Shown: positions 38,649 to 52,868, numbered from the stretch's first letter. The stretch: 64,000 nucleotides of DNA from Gordius albopunctatus (GCA_964276515.1 OZ193909.1:13144001-13208000); one strand, 5' to 3'. Translations and numbers: made by a program. Notes: generated by a model from the sequence alone, not told the origin.

Positions 38649-39377
38649 TGTAGCGTTGCGTCCATTACCTCGCGACGTTAATTGACCAATCACAAACACC
38701 TCGAAGACTCAACACTAAATTTAATTGTTTATTCAATTAATGCGCGATTGTATAAACGCACTACCTCTACATAGACAACAACAACGTCTGCCGAACGCCC
38801 GTCCACTGCTGCGCATGGCCCTAATCACAAAACCCATCTCAACATCAACACCACATGGCCTCTTGCAACGAGCAAAGACTACGTTCGGCAAAACAATGAC
38901 ACCTACTACCAACGTTCTCACCACCGCTTGCCGGTTTAGTTGATGACCGATTGCAATTCCAATATAGATACCTCTGTCCGCGGCATGTATCTTATTAATA
39001 TATTGGATAGCACCACAACAACATACACGCAACTCACACCTCGGTCACCTCACTAACAACGAAGGTAGGCGGAAACAAAACTGGCTGGTAGTACGAACAT
39101 CCTTTACAAATACTTTACATCAACCAAAAAATTTTTTCAATTTTAAGTAACGCTCCACGTCTACGAAGGGGACTATTTGTAGCGTTGCGTTCATCACCTC
39201 GCGACGTTAATTGACCGATCACAAACACCTCGAGGACTCAACACTAAATTTAATTGTTTATTCAATTAATGCGCGATTATATAAACGCACTTATTTTCAA
39301 AAGACACTTGCTCTTTTTTTTTGGATATTTATTAAAACACTTATTACATTAATTGGTATATATATCCCATCTCGACA
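38649..39377 (+). mobile_element. Internally deleted LTR retrotransposon
   Basis: Direct repeats start TGTAGCGTTGCG at 38649 and 39178. The 3' LTR (39178-39377, TG...CA) follows a purine tract GAAGGGGA. 4-bp TSD TGTG. The 5' LTR is truncated at about 38760. Confidence 0.8.
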
Positions 39378-39541
39378 TGTGTAATAAAATTTTTCAAAAA
39401 ATATAAAAGTTTGCTATTTTATTTTTTAACACTTATTTAATATTTTTAATATAACAGGAGAAAATTTTTCCCATCTATATTTTTTTTTAAAGTCATGACG
39501 AAACGAGACCGAGATTTTTCTAGATCGAGACGAGATTTTCA

Positions 39542-40558
39542 TAGTGCTGTAAGGGAACGCGTTCATGAACGGCGTTCTTCTATTTTTTGGTGAACTTTGA
39601 ACGTGAACGCGTTCCTTTTTTGATGAACGCGTTCGAATTCAACGTTTGTTCAATTTTAAAAACCCTTTTTTGTTTTTATTTATTTGAAAATTAATGTCAA
39701 TCCGAATTTTTAACAAAAAAGTATTATATTTTTTAATCAGCTGTTTTTCCTGTTTCCTATTACCAATTCCGAAATACTTTTAACATACTATAACGTGAAA
39801 AAGAAGATAAGATTAAAGTTAATTAGTTTAATATTATTAATTATAGTTTAATTTATAGGTTAATATGGACAATCATAATATTATATCGTCGTCATCTTCA
39901 GATTCTGAATATTCAAAATCAGCAGATGAATTGAAATTGCCATGGCCAAAATATGAAAAATATTTTTCACTCGTTTCATATAAAAGACCAAATTCAATAA
40001 TTTAAATGAACCTATAAAGAATAAACTTTTAGTGTTATTGAAAAAAGGGATTGAAACCCCTAGAATTGATAATGAAAGAGCTGTCAATTCCGAGATATAA
40101 TTTTTTGGCGAGGAAGTAGAGGGCGCATTGGAGGATGATATCTTGTCGTAATTTTTTGAAGCGAGGGACAAAACATTAAAAGTTTTTAATAAATTTTATT
40201 AAGTATAATACTCCAATCCCCTCATCTGCCCCTGTGGAGCAGGTTTTTAGTATAGCTAATGCTGTATTAACTGCCAAGCGTTCCTGCTTATCAGAAGACA
40301 ATTTTGAAAAACAATTATTATTAAAAATAAATAAGAAAATAGATTATATTGATTTATAATTATATTGTCGAAATAAAACTATTATTTTTTATCATGGCTA
40401 TTTATTGTATTAAAAAATATAAGAAATTTATTTATATTAAATTAAACTTTAAAAAAATGTATCATAAAATCTTGAACGAACGTGAACGCGTTCCTTTTAT
40501 TTTTAGACGAACGTGAACGTGAACGCGTTCGATTTTTTTACAAATGTTTACAGCACTA
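39542..40558 (+). mobile_element. Internally deleted hAT element
   Basis: TIRs TAGTGCTGTAA/TTACAGCACTA; TSD GATTTTCA; GAACG(T/C)G repeats; hATC remnant FIKYNTPIPSSAPVEQVFS at about 40195-40335. Confidence 0.88.
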
Positions 40559-41924
40559 GATTTTCATAGTCGCTCCCGAGATGAGACGAGATTTTGTTTT
40601 TGAGACCGACATGAAACGAGATCGAAACAATACTAATTATCCGCTTCGCGTCTTATTTAGTACACAACATAATATTAGTGGCCCTTAGGGTTTATGAACA
40701 ATTATTTATGTGTTTATTACTTATTTGTATAGCAAAATTATATAATGTAAAAATTTTATACCTATTATAATATGCGCAACAAGTTCATCATCCAACTCAA
40801 AAAAGAGCAAGCAGCTCATACATTTTACAGTATCGAAGGATAAATCAAATAAAATGGGGGAAGAGTAAATTGTGCTTTAAAGCAGAAAAAATGACTGAAG
40901 CAATACTTCAGGTCTTCACCGACATATTAAACGTTACCGTTACAAGGATTACTATAACTTTTACCCTACTCAAGTTAATAAAGAATTAAACTGCCCAAAA
41001 ACTTCTTTTCAGCCAACCTAGATGCTTCAATCTAAGCATTTAACAGTTATTAAATATCAAACATATATTTTAAAAATGATTAAATAATTACATATATTAT
41101 ATAATCAGTTGATTAACAAAAATAATTATCCCAATTTAGCAGTAATAGCTAAAGTTCTGAGCAATTCGGCGACCTCGGTGCCTTCCGAAAGATTGTTTTT
41201 GAAGGCGTCTCTGACTATTCGAAAACATCGTAATAGCTTAACTCATGAATCTGTCAGGAGCTTGCTATGCCTAAAATCATGGCACACCTCAACAATTTTC
41301 AACCCATCACATTCATAACATTTTACGTCAAAATTTAGGCTTCGCAGATGCATTCAAATTCACTGCATTTTTCGCAAAATGCCGCAATTTATCAATAAAT
41401 TAAAATATATGAACATAAATTTTTTTAGTACGTAATTATTTTATGCGAAAATTAATAATAAATGAATTAATTAAATACTTTGTTTTATATAATGGGATGT
41501 CACACTATAATAGAATTATTTAAATTTTATATTTAACAACTTAATCAAATTATATATGTGCAATTAACGTAAGATCTCAAAACTTTTATGTTCTTCAAAC
41601 AATAATGCCTATTGAATCTGCAGTGTTCAAATAATTACTTGTTATAAATAATGATAATATTTTTAAAAGTTTACTCTAGCATTTATGTCATTATTTTAAC
41701 GTTATTATAAAAGATCTCAATAAATTTATTATGTTATAATATGATGATATTATTAAACTTTATCCTTTTATTGAGCCTTATCCAGGAAATAAAAGTTATT
41801 TATTATCAACTTTATATTAAGCAGTATATAACACCTCTATTAATGCTTTAAGTTACTCATCTAGCTTGTGTTTTGGGGTTTGAGATAAAAAATTGGTTTC
41901 ATTATGACCAATTTATATCTTATA

Positions 41925-43100
41925 CTAGATGAACCCGGCAAACGTTGTTTTGCCATTTACCCGGGTGTATTAAATTATGTTGGAATTTTAGGGCATACAT
42001 GATGATAAAGCGGTTATTGAAGTAAAAATAAAGTTTGATAATTTTTAAACAAATAGTTAAAGAGGGTCCAAGGCCCAGGCCCATCCAAGAGATAAAACCT
42101 GGCCCCATGCCCCCCCAAGGGAAAAATCTTTGGCCCCCTGGCCCTTCAAGCAATTTTTTATATTTTTTTGTAATTAACAAACAATATCATAATTATTTGT
42201 TTCTGAATAAAACTTTTAATTCTGAACTTAATAATGTCCGAAGAACTGAGATATATCAACATTTATTAGCACTTTGTTAATTGTATTTTCATTTTTCTCC
42301 TTATTTAACGCGCAAAAAATGACAAAATTAGATTTTTAAATTTATTTAGCCACGCAGGAGGGGATACGACCGTCCTATAATAATAAAAATAAATGACGTG
42401 GAAAATAAGCAAAAAAATGACTTTGATTCATGGGCGTACCCCCCCCCCCTAATTAGCCAGGGAAGGGCAAAAAGGGTGGCTACCCCCTGCGGGTCTCAGG
42501 AAAATTTTAGGAATTTAGTAGTCGAAGACCTTTTTTTGCTCTCATGAAAATTTTTGGATAGTCGAAAAAAAAATTTTTTTAAATCTGCCCCCCCCCAATT
42601 CAAAACCTGCTTATTATACAATAATACCATTATTTTATTTTTATAGTTAGCTGATTTATTTGAAATACAATTTTCTTTAATATAATAAAAAAATTAATTG
42701 AAGGATGGATAATTATTAAAAATATGCTTCCATGATCGACCACGTGATAATAATTTAAATATTATTTATTTAATTTAAATAGTTTGTTAAACCCCAATAA
42801 TTTTGACCGTATACTGTAACATTTTTATTATACTTTTAAATATCTAATGCGAGAAAACTTCAGCCTTGTATGTATGGCGTCATTATTGTATATGCTGCTA
42901 TAAATTAAACCTGCCGGGAAATGTGCGATATTTTTAAAACGAAAAGGTATTTTAGGAATCTGAAAAAGCTATTTTACCCCTGGCCCCCCTGGGCATCTAT
43001 GGTTAAATTTTAGCGCAAATCGGGCCGGTAGTTTCAGAGATTAGCCCTTACATACATACATATATATATATATACATAGACTTTATTTTATATATATAGA
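41925..43100 (-). mobile_element. Composite non-autonomous Helitron-like element
   Basis: Minus-strand 5' end TCTATATATATAAAATAAAG with a (TATG)n tract; 3' hairpin plus CTAG|T. 42608-43100 is an inverted homolog of 51396-52230. Confidence 0.6.
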
Positions 43101-43699
43101 TAGTCATCTATAAGAGCCAGGAAAAAATATATATGGTATAATTATTTTTAGAAGTCGAGACGAGACGAGAATTCTCGCCGAGACGAGATTTTTCTAGGCC
43201 AAAACGAGATCGAGATTTTAACAATCGCACCCGAGACGAGACGAGAATTTGCTTTCGAGACCGATACGAGATCGAAACACTAAATATCTCTATTAGAGAC
43301 TTTTACCTTGAACGATAGTACGTTTTCAGTTTTTTTCCTAGTCGTCTAGATTTTGTGATAATAAGGTTAAAGATGCAAAAAATGTCCTTCTTAACGTTTT
43401 TTAGGCTATATTCCCGCGCCATTTCAAATTTATTTTTAATAATATTTTTATAATCATATGTCGTATTATCTTTCCCACTACTTTTATTAATCCATCTTTA
43501 CCACTTGTTAAATATCCATAGGAAAAGGGCTTGGGGGATTATAGTCAATTATCATGCCAAATTCTTTTACCTAATACTTCTTTTTGTCCTAAAATAACAA
43601 AAATATTCAGTTACAGCGTTTTTCTAAACTTTTGCACTTCTTATTCCTCTCCTGCACACTAGTAGGAGAGAAAAGGGGTAATCCATCATAGCGTTTAAC

Positions 43700-44705
43700 A
43701 TGAAATGTGCCGGGACATCTCCTTGACCAATGGACGGAGGTGGGACTGGATAGCGACAGCCCACCTATCATTAGCGAAGCGTCCAATATCCCCTCATTCC
43801 CCTCCCACCCCTTATCCTCATTCTCTCATTTCACCCTTCCATTATCCATACGCACTTCCATTCTCAAGCCCCATCATTTGCAGTCGCGGTTCACCCACAA
43901 CAAATCATGCTGGACTTGTGTAAAAAATCGATCACGAAAAGTAAATACAATGTGTATTTGGATGATATACTCATCTATAGGCGCTCAAAAACCTTGGTAA
44001 AAGCGGCTGGTAAAATGCTGGAACTTGACCATAAACCACAACAAGTCCTCCCTCGAGCCACGGACGGTGTTGGACTATCTCGGTATCAATGTGAACCTGG
44101 AAAACCATACACTCAAGGTAAACAAGAATTTTATTACGAAGATAGACGCCGCCATCCAGATCATTAACCATTTCATCACCACCAACAAACGACCGCACCC
44201 TTTGGTTACCCAGACCTGTCTGGGAATCCTCACACATTACGTCTACATGTTTACCGGGTGGTCGAAGTTTCTCTCTCCCGCCTACAACATTTTCTTCTCA
44301 GGAGATCCGATTCCGTTCCATTCAGATTGGCTCATCAAGAAAATCCTCATGGTCCAGAATCACTTTTCCACACCCTTCCGCAGAAGACATGAGCCCAACG
44401 GGTTCACAGCCGGAGACGCTTCTCCATTATAGACACACCCAACATCACGCCGAGAGTCATCACAGATTCAAAGACGGCGTTTTACATTTTTAAAAAAGGT
44501 GCTGCACATGCACCCCACTTAGATTAGAGCTAGGATTCACCAAGATCTGTCACACAATGGGCCTGGACCACATGCTCCGGATTAAGCAAAATATTCGAAT
44601 CCAGCAGATGTTCCATCCCGGGAAAGTTTTTTCGACGACAACCAGCTATGTCGAATTGTGTATTGGGCGCGCTCGAATATTTCACATCGCCAGAACAGCA
44701 CCTAG
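43700..44705 (+). mobile_element. Degenerate RT-RNase H retroelement relic (DIRS/Ngaro-like or hepadnavirus-related)
   Basis: VYLDDILI; INHNKSSLEPRTVLDYLG; RNase H motifs GDASP, ITDSKTA and NPADVPSR. Frameshifted. Confidence 0.7.
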
Positions 44706-46743
44706 TTTGCCTAACGACAAAGACCGTGAAACTTCTTAAGAAATGCACTATAATTCACAAGGTGTTTTTTACCCATTTTATCGTTTCTCTCGCGCAGTAC
44801 TAAACCCTTGTCGCTCGTTGCTGTGAAAATTTCTCGCGCGATTTATATACATATATATTTTTAATATTTGTTCACATTTTAAATCTTAGATATGATTGTA
44901 TGGATATTGGTAAAAATAAAAATAAAACAAGAGTTAGGGGATATCCCGATTGGGACTCTCCCTTATAATGTGTTTATATCATCCTATGCTTTCTTTGGTA
45001 CTTTATCTGGTCCATTTACTTGACTTTTTTGATTTTTCTTTTTCCCTGTCTCTTATAGAAGCTAAGCCATATCGATGTTAAGCTTAAAAACTGGGAGGAG
45101 ATCTTGTTATTTCCAATTATTTTTACCTATCCATCCCCTCCTTCAGCTTTAATATAGTTTGACCTTTTACTTAAAGAACCATGACATCACAAATTATCGC
45201 CTCCCTTATCTTCGCCAATTTCAATTAGTCATTCGCCCCAATTTTCTAGCCATCTCAAAATGAGCAACGTTTTTAGTTATTGCAACGGCTTTTTATCCTG
45301 CTCTCTTCGTCTCATGATATACTTTATAATTCTCCTACTTTCGATTCATACCACTGTCTATATAAAGTTTTCCTTCCTCCGATAAAATCCCAAATCGATT
45401 CATCCCATCACCATATTTATCTAGTTTTTCCTCCTTTATGTCCTCAAAGTTCTAATGCATTTGTTCGCAGTCAGCGTCTACTATTCCTCGTTTAAGTTTT
45501 GCCCCACCCAATAACGTAGAGGCCTGGAAGTGGTATCCATCGCCTCTTTACATTTTTTCGACCTCGTCTAGTGATGCTGAAAAATATTAATTGCTATGCA
45601 ATTTATGGACTCGCTTTTCGTTGTCCATCCGTCCGTCCGTTGTCCAACTTGTATCTACGGATGTGGGTTCAAATAGCTTGTAAATATTTTATTTCATATT
45701 TTTATCCTGAGTATTAATATGATATGAACATACAAACTTGAGTTTTGATAAAGTAGTAAATAATACTAAAACATCCTGAAATTTGGCAACAACCATCCTG
45801 TCTGATGAGATGACATTCTGAATCGCTAATTAAACAAAGTACTTATATGAATTAGCTAAATGTTTAAAGATTTTTTGATCACCCTAACCATTTCTGTGCC
45901 TAGAGTTGTTAAATTGCTAACTTTCTTCAACTCCAGCTACCATCAGCTCGAGTTTCTGCTCGGTCCTCGAGCATTTTTATATGCTAATGTTCTACCTAGT
46001 GCACCGAACAGAGAGCGCATATAGTTCTAACGCGCATATTAAGCAACTCAGTGTGCGTGCTCGCGTCTGGAGTTTGAAGAAAGTGTGCCTACCGAATAAT
46101 TTTTGAGGGCATCCTCACACTTTTAAAAGACAGTATTTAATCATGAGTATGCCAAGATTTATTGTTTAACTCTTCATGCCACAGCTCTGAAACTCTCAAG
46201 CGACAATTCATACTATGCATTTGTAGGATATTTCGGCGAGTTGACAAGATGAATGTATCGAATAGTCAATACACAGCTGAGATATTCACGGAAATAATGA
46301 GAAGAATCAAGATTCTTCTGGAACAATCGTTTTTTAGATATAAAGCAATTATTCAATAAGAATTATTATTCATTAATTCACTATTCACCTATCGCTACTT
46401 ATCCCATTATTATCTATTAATTCATGATACACTACTTAACGATACTATAGTCCACCACTCTACTCTAACATTTCACCTTCTCATCAACTTATCCCATTAT
46501 TATTCTTGCTCTACTTACGTTCGCCGCTACTTTGCGTTAATAAAACATTAATTCCACAGCATATTTTTTTATAAATTTATTTTGCCATATTATAGTGCTA
46601 GGGTTGGCAGGTGTATTTTAATTTATTAAATTTTCTGTAATTGAAAACAATAATATATATGAGCTTTAATAAATATTTTATGGCTAAATTATTTTAATGG
46701 TATAACTAAATATTTTGGGACATAATACAATGTGGTTTTACAC

Positions 46744-46908
46744 CATGGGCGTAGCCAACATTGGGATTCCAGGGGGCAATAATGATTTAGGGAGGGTCAA
46801 AATAATTCATTTTAAAATTTTAGGCATAATTTTAATATATTTAAACAATTTTTAGGATTTAGAGGGGGCAGCCGCCCCACCCTGCTCCCCTCCTTGGCTA
46901 CGCCCATG
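46744..46908. mobile_element. hAT-type MITE
   Basis: TIR CATGGGCGTAGCCAA; TSD TTTTACAC. Confidence 0.85.
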
Positions 46909-48147
46909 TTTTACACTATAAAAGAAACGTTTACTTTTTGAATGTAAAAGTATTTTTTATGAAATTATACATGCACCGCAAATTTCTTGTGTTACTAATT
47001 TAGTAACTTTTATATATTCATATCAACGAAAAGTTTTTTATATATTATTTTTTCCACCTAGCGATTCATGATATACATATATATTCCATAATATCTTGCG
47101 TATTTATGACATAAAGTTAACATATATAACATATTGGGTTTCTTCCAAAATCTTTCTGTATCTTGATATCGCTCATACCAGAAGATTGATTAATGGTGCA
47201 TGGATGTCATTAGAAGCTTCATTACGAGATGTACACATTATAATTTTAGTGGAGGATTTTATTACTAGCATTTAATTTTATTTTGTCAGAGGGCTTATAA
47301 CGCTTAACCAAGATTAAAATAACTTAATTCGGCATATAATTTAATATCGACATATGCCACAGTAACAATGCTACTATTATGGGTTTTATTACGACTTTGT
47401 AACGTGTGCAACTATTTATTTATGCTATGAATAGTGTTGTGATGGGCGCGGTAGATAGCGCGCCCTAGGGTGTGCTGGGGGGGGGGGGGGGTATTATAGT
47501 CTTAAGAAAAAGAGCCACACCCACACTGTTAGTCTCCTTTTCTGGTGAAGAAATTCAGTGTGGGTTTGTTGAATACCGACCATTAGCTAGTCTATTATTT
47601 TTTCATAGAGACCCGATGGACCCTTAGGTATATGCTAAGGGGGTGTTATTAGTTAGTTGTTATTGTCATCATCATCAACACGATGTGTGCTGTTGTTGTG
47701 CCTGAAGTGAAGTCAAACTTGTTAATCTCTAAGGTATCTTCCTATCTATAAAGTGTACTAATATTAAATTAAAGACTTTGCTAAGCTAATACGAAACGAT
47801 TAACGGACAGGACATTCAACTTTTATTATAAAAATTAGGCCAGGGGCGTACGCAGGGTTGTATAATTTTTTTTTTTTTTGGGGGGGGGGGTAGGGGGAAG
47901 GGAGGGTTACAATATCCAATAAACTGTATCTAAGCTTGGTGTTTTTGTTATGCCCCTCCAAAAATATAATTTTCTTAAGTCCTTGTAATTATTACACAAA
48001 TTATAAATTATTTTTATCTTTCGACTAATTTTTATCTGTAAGAAGTAAAAGCACAACAAAGATTCGATTGCAAAAAAAAATTATTTTTATCCAAAAAAAT
48101 AAATAGTTACAAAAAAAATTTAACCATGAAAATTTTATAACCCCTAC

Positions 48148-49594
48148 CAGAGACCAGAAATGCCCGGCACGGCCCACGGGCCGGGCAACTGCCTTAAATT
48201 TTAATTTTCGGGCGGGCACGCTGATAAGATTCGGGCATGCCCAAAATTTTATCAAATTAATTTTCCTTGAAAAAAGAAAAATTCGCATATAAACAATTTT
48301 GGGCCATAAAAAATTTGACTAGATTTTTTTCCATCGCTTAAATCTTCATTGTACGTTTATATAATGCCCTAATTTCAATTTCTTCAAAATTAAATTTTAT
48401 TTCGAATAAATTAGTTTAACTGGTTTGTCTCAAGATCAAAAATTTTTAATTTTCAGATTTTATTATAAAAGAATAAAATCACAACGATTTAAACTGCCAT
48501 GGGCGTAGACAGGGGGGGGGCAGGAAAGGGCAGCTGCCCCCCCCCTCTAAACTCAAAAATTTGTTAAAATTCATTAAAATTATGGCTAAATTTTCAAAAA
48601 TGATCATTTTGCCCCTCGTTAAATCATTATTGCCCCCCTCTAATTTTAATGCTGGCTACGCCCATGTAAACTGCTACTCTAATCTAATACTATGGAAGAA
48701 ACCATTTTACTCTCTGGTAGTAAATTATTTTATTACATTTTTATCGCGTTCAGTTAAATCTTTGCCCTACTCCATTATGGAAAGGATTAGATTATTTATA
48801 TTTATGTAGTAGCCAAAGCCATTTCATTGTTCGCAATACACTACACATGTGTGCCGTCTAGACTTAAAACAAAGGCCCATGCCATTTTCTAACAATGCGC
48901 ATAATTGTAATTCATTTAATTTCTTAACAACTAAAAAACATGTTGGAAAAATAAAGCAAACAAGTCACATTAAAGTTATAAAAAATTATAACTATTTTAT
49001 GTATCGTAAATTAGCGAGGTTTACAAAAAATACTCTTTGCCATCCCGGCGACGAGTGATGCTAGTGAAAGAAGTTTTTCTATCGCAGGAAGATTAATAGA
49101 GGAAAGACGCACAAGATTATCCCCGGAAATTGCAGACAATTTGTTATTTTTACATAATAATTATGAATAATAAAATATTGTCATCTTTGTTTGGATCAAT
49201 ATGCCATTAATTTAATGCTTATTTTGTAATAGAAAGATTTTGGGATTGGATAATTTCGGGTCTACCGGAAAATTTTATTAATCAGGCCGGGCAGCTCTAA
49301 TGGTTTAGGCATGGCTGAGCTGACACTTAGAAGGGTTCAGGCGGGCAATTTAGTTAAAAATTTGGACCGTGCCGGGTTCGGGCAGAAAAATTTAAACTAC
49401 TCCGACCTCTTTTTGGGACTTCATAAATTCGGGACTAACGGGAAAATTTAATATTTCGGGCCGGGCAATTCGGGCAGCTTTAACAATTCGGGCGGGCCAC
49501 GGCGGACACTTAGATGGGTTTGGGCGGGCAATGAAGTTAAAAACTTTAGTCGGGCCGGGTTCGGGCAGAAAATTTCCAACAAATCTGACCTCTG
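48148..49594 (+). mobile_element. hAT remnant with CGGGC subterminal repeats; nested MITE at 48498-48666 (TSD TAAACTGC)
   Basis: Ends CAGAGACCAGA/TCTGACCTCTG; hATC remnant IPATSDASERSFSIAG...RTRLSPE at about 49030-49170. No matching TSD. Confidence 0.7.
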
Positions 49595-49949
49595 ATTCTC
49601 GCTCCTTCCCACCTTTCTCGCCCATAAATTGCATAGCAAATATGCTACGTTTATACGGAGTATAGATGAGTTTCGGTCCCCCTTCCCTTCCCCCCTCCCC
49701 CTTCCAACGAGGGCCGAAGGCCCGAGTTTGTTTATCTAGACTATATGCTACTATTAGAGACCTGCACGGCCCAGCTTGGACGGGCTTCTGCTTGAACTTA
49801 AGTCAACGAGCCGGGCCTGTACGGGCCTTAAAATAATCTAACTGGTTCGGGACGGGCCTAGATATACGTAAGGCCCTCTAAAATCCAATTTAAAAAATGA
49901 ATTCGATTTTAATTTATGTTTTATAAAACGGAAGTTAATGTCCGGATCC

Positions 49950-50424
49950 AAAAAGGATGGCTTAAATGGCGAAGTATATCCGGTGTAATGTGCGACAAGA
50001 AAATGCCAATATAGTTGAAGAGCAAGGGTTACAAATCCATCGTAAGACCGGTGTTACTCTATGGAAGTAAAACATGGGCATTAAACACCATAGCTCGACC
50101 ATATGACGAATGACTTTCTCATAACAAAAATGGGTATTCAACTTATGGCGGACATGATAAACGAAAATCAGCTAAGGTGATATGGGCATATACTAAGAAG
50201 GGACACGGATGACGTAAATCGAAAAGTACTGAACATGGAGGTATCTGGGAAAAAGAGGATGAGGACGAACCCCTGTCATATGGAAAGGGCAAGTCGATAA
50301 AGCTATGAAAACTCAAGAGATTAGTCAAGAAATGTCACTCACCAGGTCAAGATGGAAGAAACTTATCAAAACTAAACCCCACGAATGTGGGACCAAATAA
50401 CTGATGAAGAAGAAGAAGAAGAAG
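49950..50424 (+). mobile_element. RTE-clade non-LTR 3' fragment
   Basis: WLKWRSISGVMCDKK...YKSIVRPVLLYGSKTW followed by a (GAA)n tail. Confidence 0.75.
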
Positions 50425-51395
50425 AGATTAATTTGCAAGTTATTGACGTTTATAAACGTTAAAATCGCGGTTATTAACAACTTTGACGGTAAATATTTAA
50501 AAAACTTGACGTATAGGAAAAAATTAAAAATAAATTCGTGTTCATTGCGAAAAACTCTCCCAATATCTGCAAACAATTTGTCGGTCAATTTTTCTTGTTG
50601 AACCGTGTTATTGATCGAAATATTTCTGGTTTTTTATTATTTAATTATATTAATTAATTTTTGTATCCATTTGGATTTTAAATTCAAAATTAAATATCAG
50701 ATTGCGAGAGCTTTAAAATATATTATTTTTCGGGCACGTAAAATTTAAATAAAACACCAGCCTCGGGCCGATGTGAGCCCAATGACAAGGAATTTGTAGC
50801 AGAGGTCAGATTTGTTTGGAATTTTATGCCCAAACCCGGCCCGGTGCAATTTTTTGACCTCATTGCCCGCCCGAAACCTTTTAGGTGTCCGCCCGGGCCC
50901 GCCCAAAACATTAGAGCTGCTTAAAATGCCCGGCCCGGAATATTAAATTTGCCTGTTAAGCCCGAAATTTTGCGATCTCAAATTCTTTAAACCACTATTA
51001 AAAAATAAGCATTAAATTTATGGCATATTGAATAAAAGAAATATAGCAATATTTTATTTTCCCGGAGAAAATCTAACTTCTTATATTATTTAAAAGTCGA
51101 ATGATATTTCCAAATGAAACTTTTGATCTTTAAGTTTAATCCTAATAGGTCAAAAAAACGTAGTATTTGGTCTTTCTAAAAGATTTGGCCAGAGTTCCTT
51201 TAAAATATTGTTATCACTGGCAAAACCGCTCTAGGTCACAATATTTTAATATATTAATTGCTAATGCATTTAGGTACAAACATGTTAAAACGTTTACAAA
51301 TCATTTAACAGTAAAAATTAATTAAATGCAGCCGATGTCCATGAAAATATCTATGTAGTAATTTTTAATTAAGTTTAAAGTATACATCTATCTTA

Positions 51396-52510
51396 TCTAT
51401 ATATATAAAGTAAAGTCTATGTATATATATATGTGTGTATGTATGTATGTCAGGGCTAATCTCTGAAACTACCGGCCCGATTGGCGCGGAAATTTAAACG
51501 TAGATGCCCAGGGGGGCCAGGGGTAAAATAGCTTTTTCAGAATCCTAAAATTCCTTTTAGTTTTAAAAATATCGCACATTTCCCGGCCAGTTTAATTTAT
51601 AGCAGCATATACAATAATGACGTCATACATACAAGGCTGAAGTTTTCTCGAATTAGATATTTTAAAGTATAATAAAAATGTTAGAGTCTACGGTCAAAAT
51701 TATTGGGGTTTAATCAACTATTTAAATTAAATAAATAAAATTTAAATTAATAGCTTTTGCAGAATCCTAAAATTCCTTTTAGTTTTAAAAAAGGGATAAA
51801 TTCTGAAACTACCGGCCCAATTCGCTCGAAACTTTACCCGTAGGTTCCCAGGGCGGCCAGGGGTAAAATAGCTTTTTAAGATTCCTAAAATACCTTTTCG
51901 TTTTAAAAATATCGGACATTTCCCGGCCAGTTTCATTTATAGCATCATATACAATAATGATGTCATGCATACAAGGCTGAAGTTTTCTCGAATTATATAT
52001 TTAAAAGTATAATAAAAATGTTACAGTATACGGTCAAAATTATTGGTGTTTAACAAACTATTTAAATTAAATAAATAATATTTAAATTATTATCACGTGG
52101 TCGATCATAGAAGCATATTTTTAATAATTATCCATCCTTCAATTAATTATTTTATTATATTAAAGAAAATTGTATTTCAAATAAATCAGCTAACTAGAAA
52201 AATAAAATAATGGTATTATTGTATAATAAGTAATAGCATTGATCAGCAATTTTTTCAAAAACATTTAATTTTAGTTGGATTTGATGACTAAAACAGAATT
52301 CGCATTTGGTTTGTCTTATACTAAAAATAGTAGGTTCATAAAATCCATGTCGTGATAAAATTCGTGCTCTAAATAAATATTATGGATATTTTATTTATTT
52401 GAATTATTATTTCATATATGACCCCATTTTAGATAAGTCTTATTAATAGGTTACACTTATTTAACCACTCAAGGACTGAGCCAAAGCAACGCTTGGCCGG
52501 GCACAGCTAG
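51396..52510 (+). mobile_element. Non-autonomous Helitron with an internal tandem duplication
   Basis: A|TC start; (TATG)n tract; 3' hairpin GCCAAAGCAACGCTTGGC then CTAG|T. Confidence 0.8.
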
Positions 52511-52868
52511 TATATATATAAATAATCATACAATAAAAAAAATTATAGTCCCCTTTTGGGTTAACCCGTTTAAGCCCCTACCCTATAAATAAACTTCTTA
52601 ATGAATAAAATTAGTTCAATTAGTCAATCTGTGCTCTGTTAAAACTTACTTTTTTGAAAAACAATAATTAATCAATAGAATTTAAATTTAATTTAGGGGA
52701 AAATTTTTCAAATTTAAAGCATAAAAAGAAAGGTATCGAAATTTATTTTTATAAAAATAAGTATTAGCTTAGCGATAGCAACGAGTGATAAGGGAATAAT
52801 AACGGCAAATTGGGGAAGCTTTGTTTAAAAAAATTAAATGATATTAGAATGAAATTTAACACTTGAAC

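Larger units (their letters stand above)
37036..40632 (+). mobile_element. Related hAT element nested in the outer one
   Basis: Starts TAGTGATGC; GAGACGAGA subterminal repeats at both ends; 8-bp TSD CTAATTAT. Confidence 0.7.
36759..43282 (+). mobile_element. hAT element forming the outer layer of a nested cluster; hATC dimerisation-domain remnant at 41109-41318
   Basis: Termini TAGTG.../...CACTA; 8-bp TSD AATATCTC; GAGACGAGA subterminal repeats; YPNLAVIAK...SATSVPSERLF. Confidence 0.8.

Noticed and set aside
36790..43270. GAGACGAGA, GAACGTG, GCGCAC and CGGGC short repeat clusters as a CRISPR-like array
   Set aside because: They are irregularly spaced subterminal repeats of hAT elements in a eukaryotic context, with no repeat-spacer periodicity and no cas genes.
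47435..47815. Possible solo LTR
   Set aside because: LTR-like composition, but I found no matching TSD or second copy.
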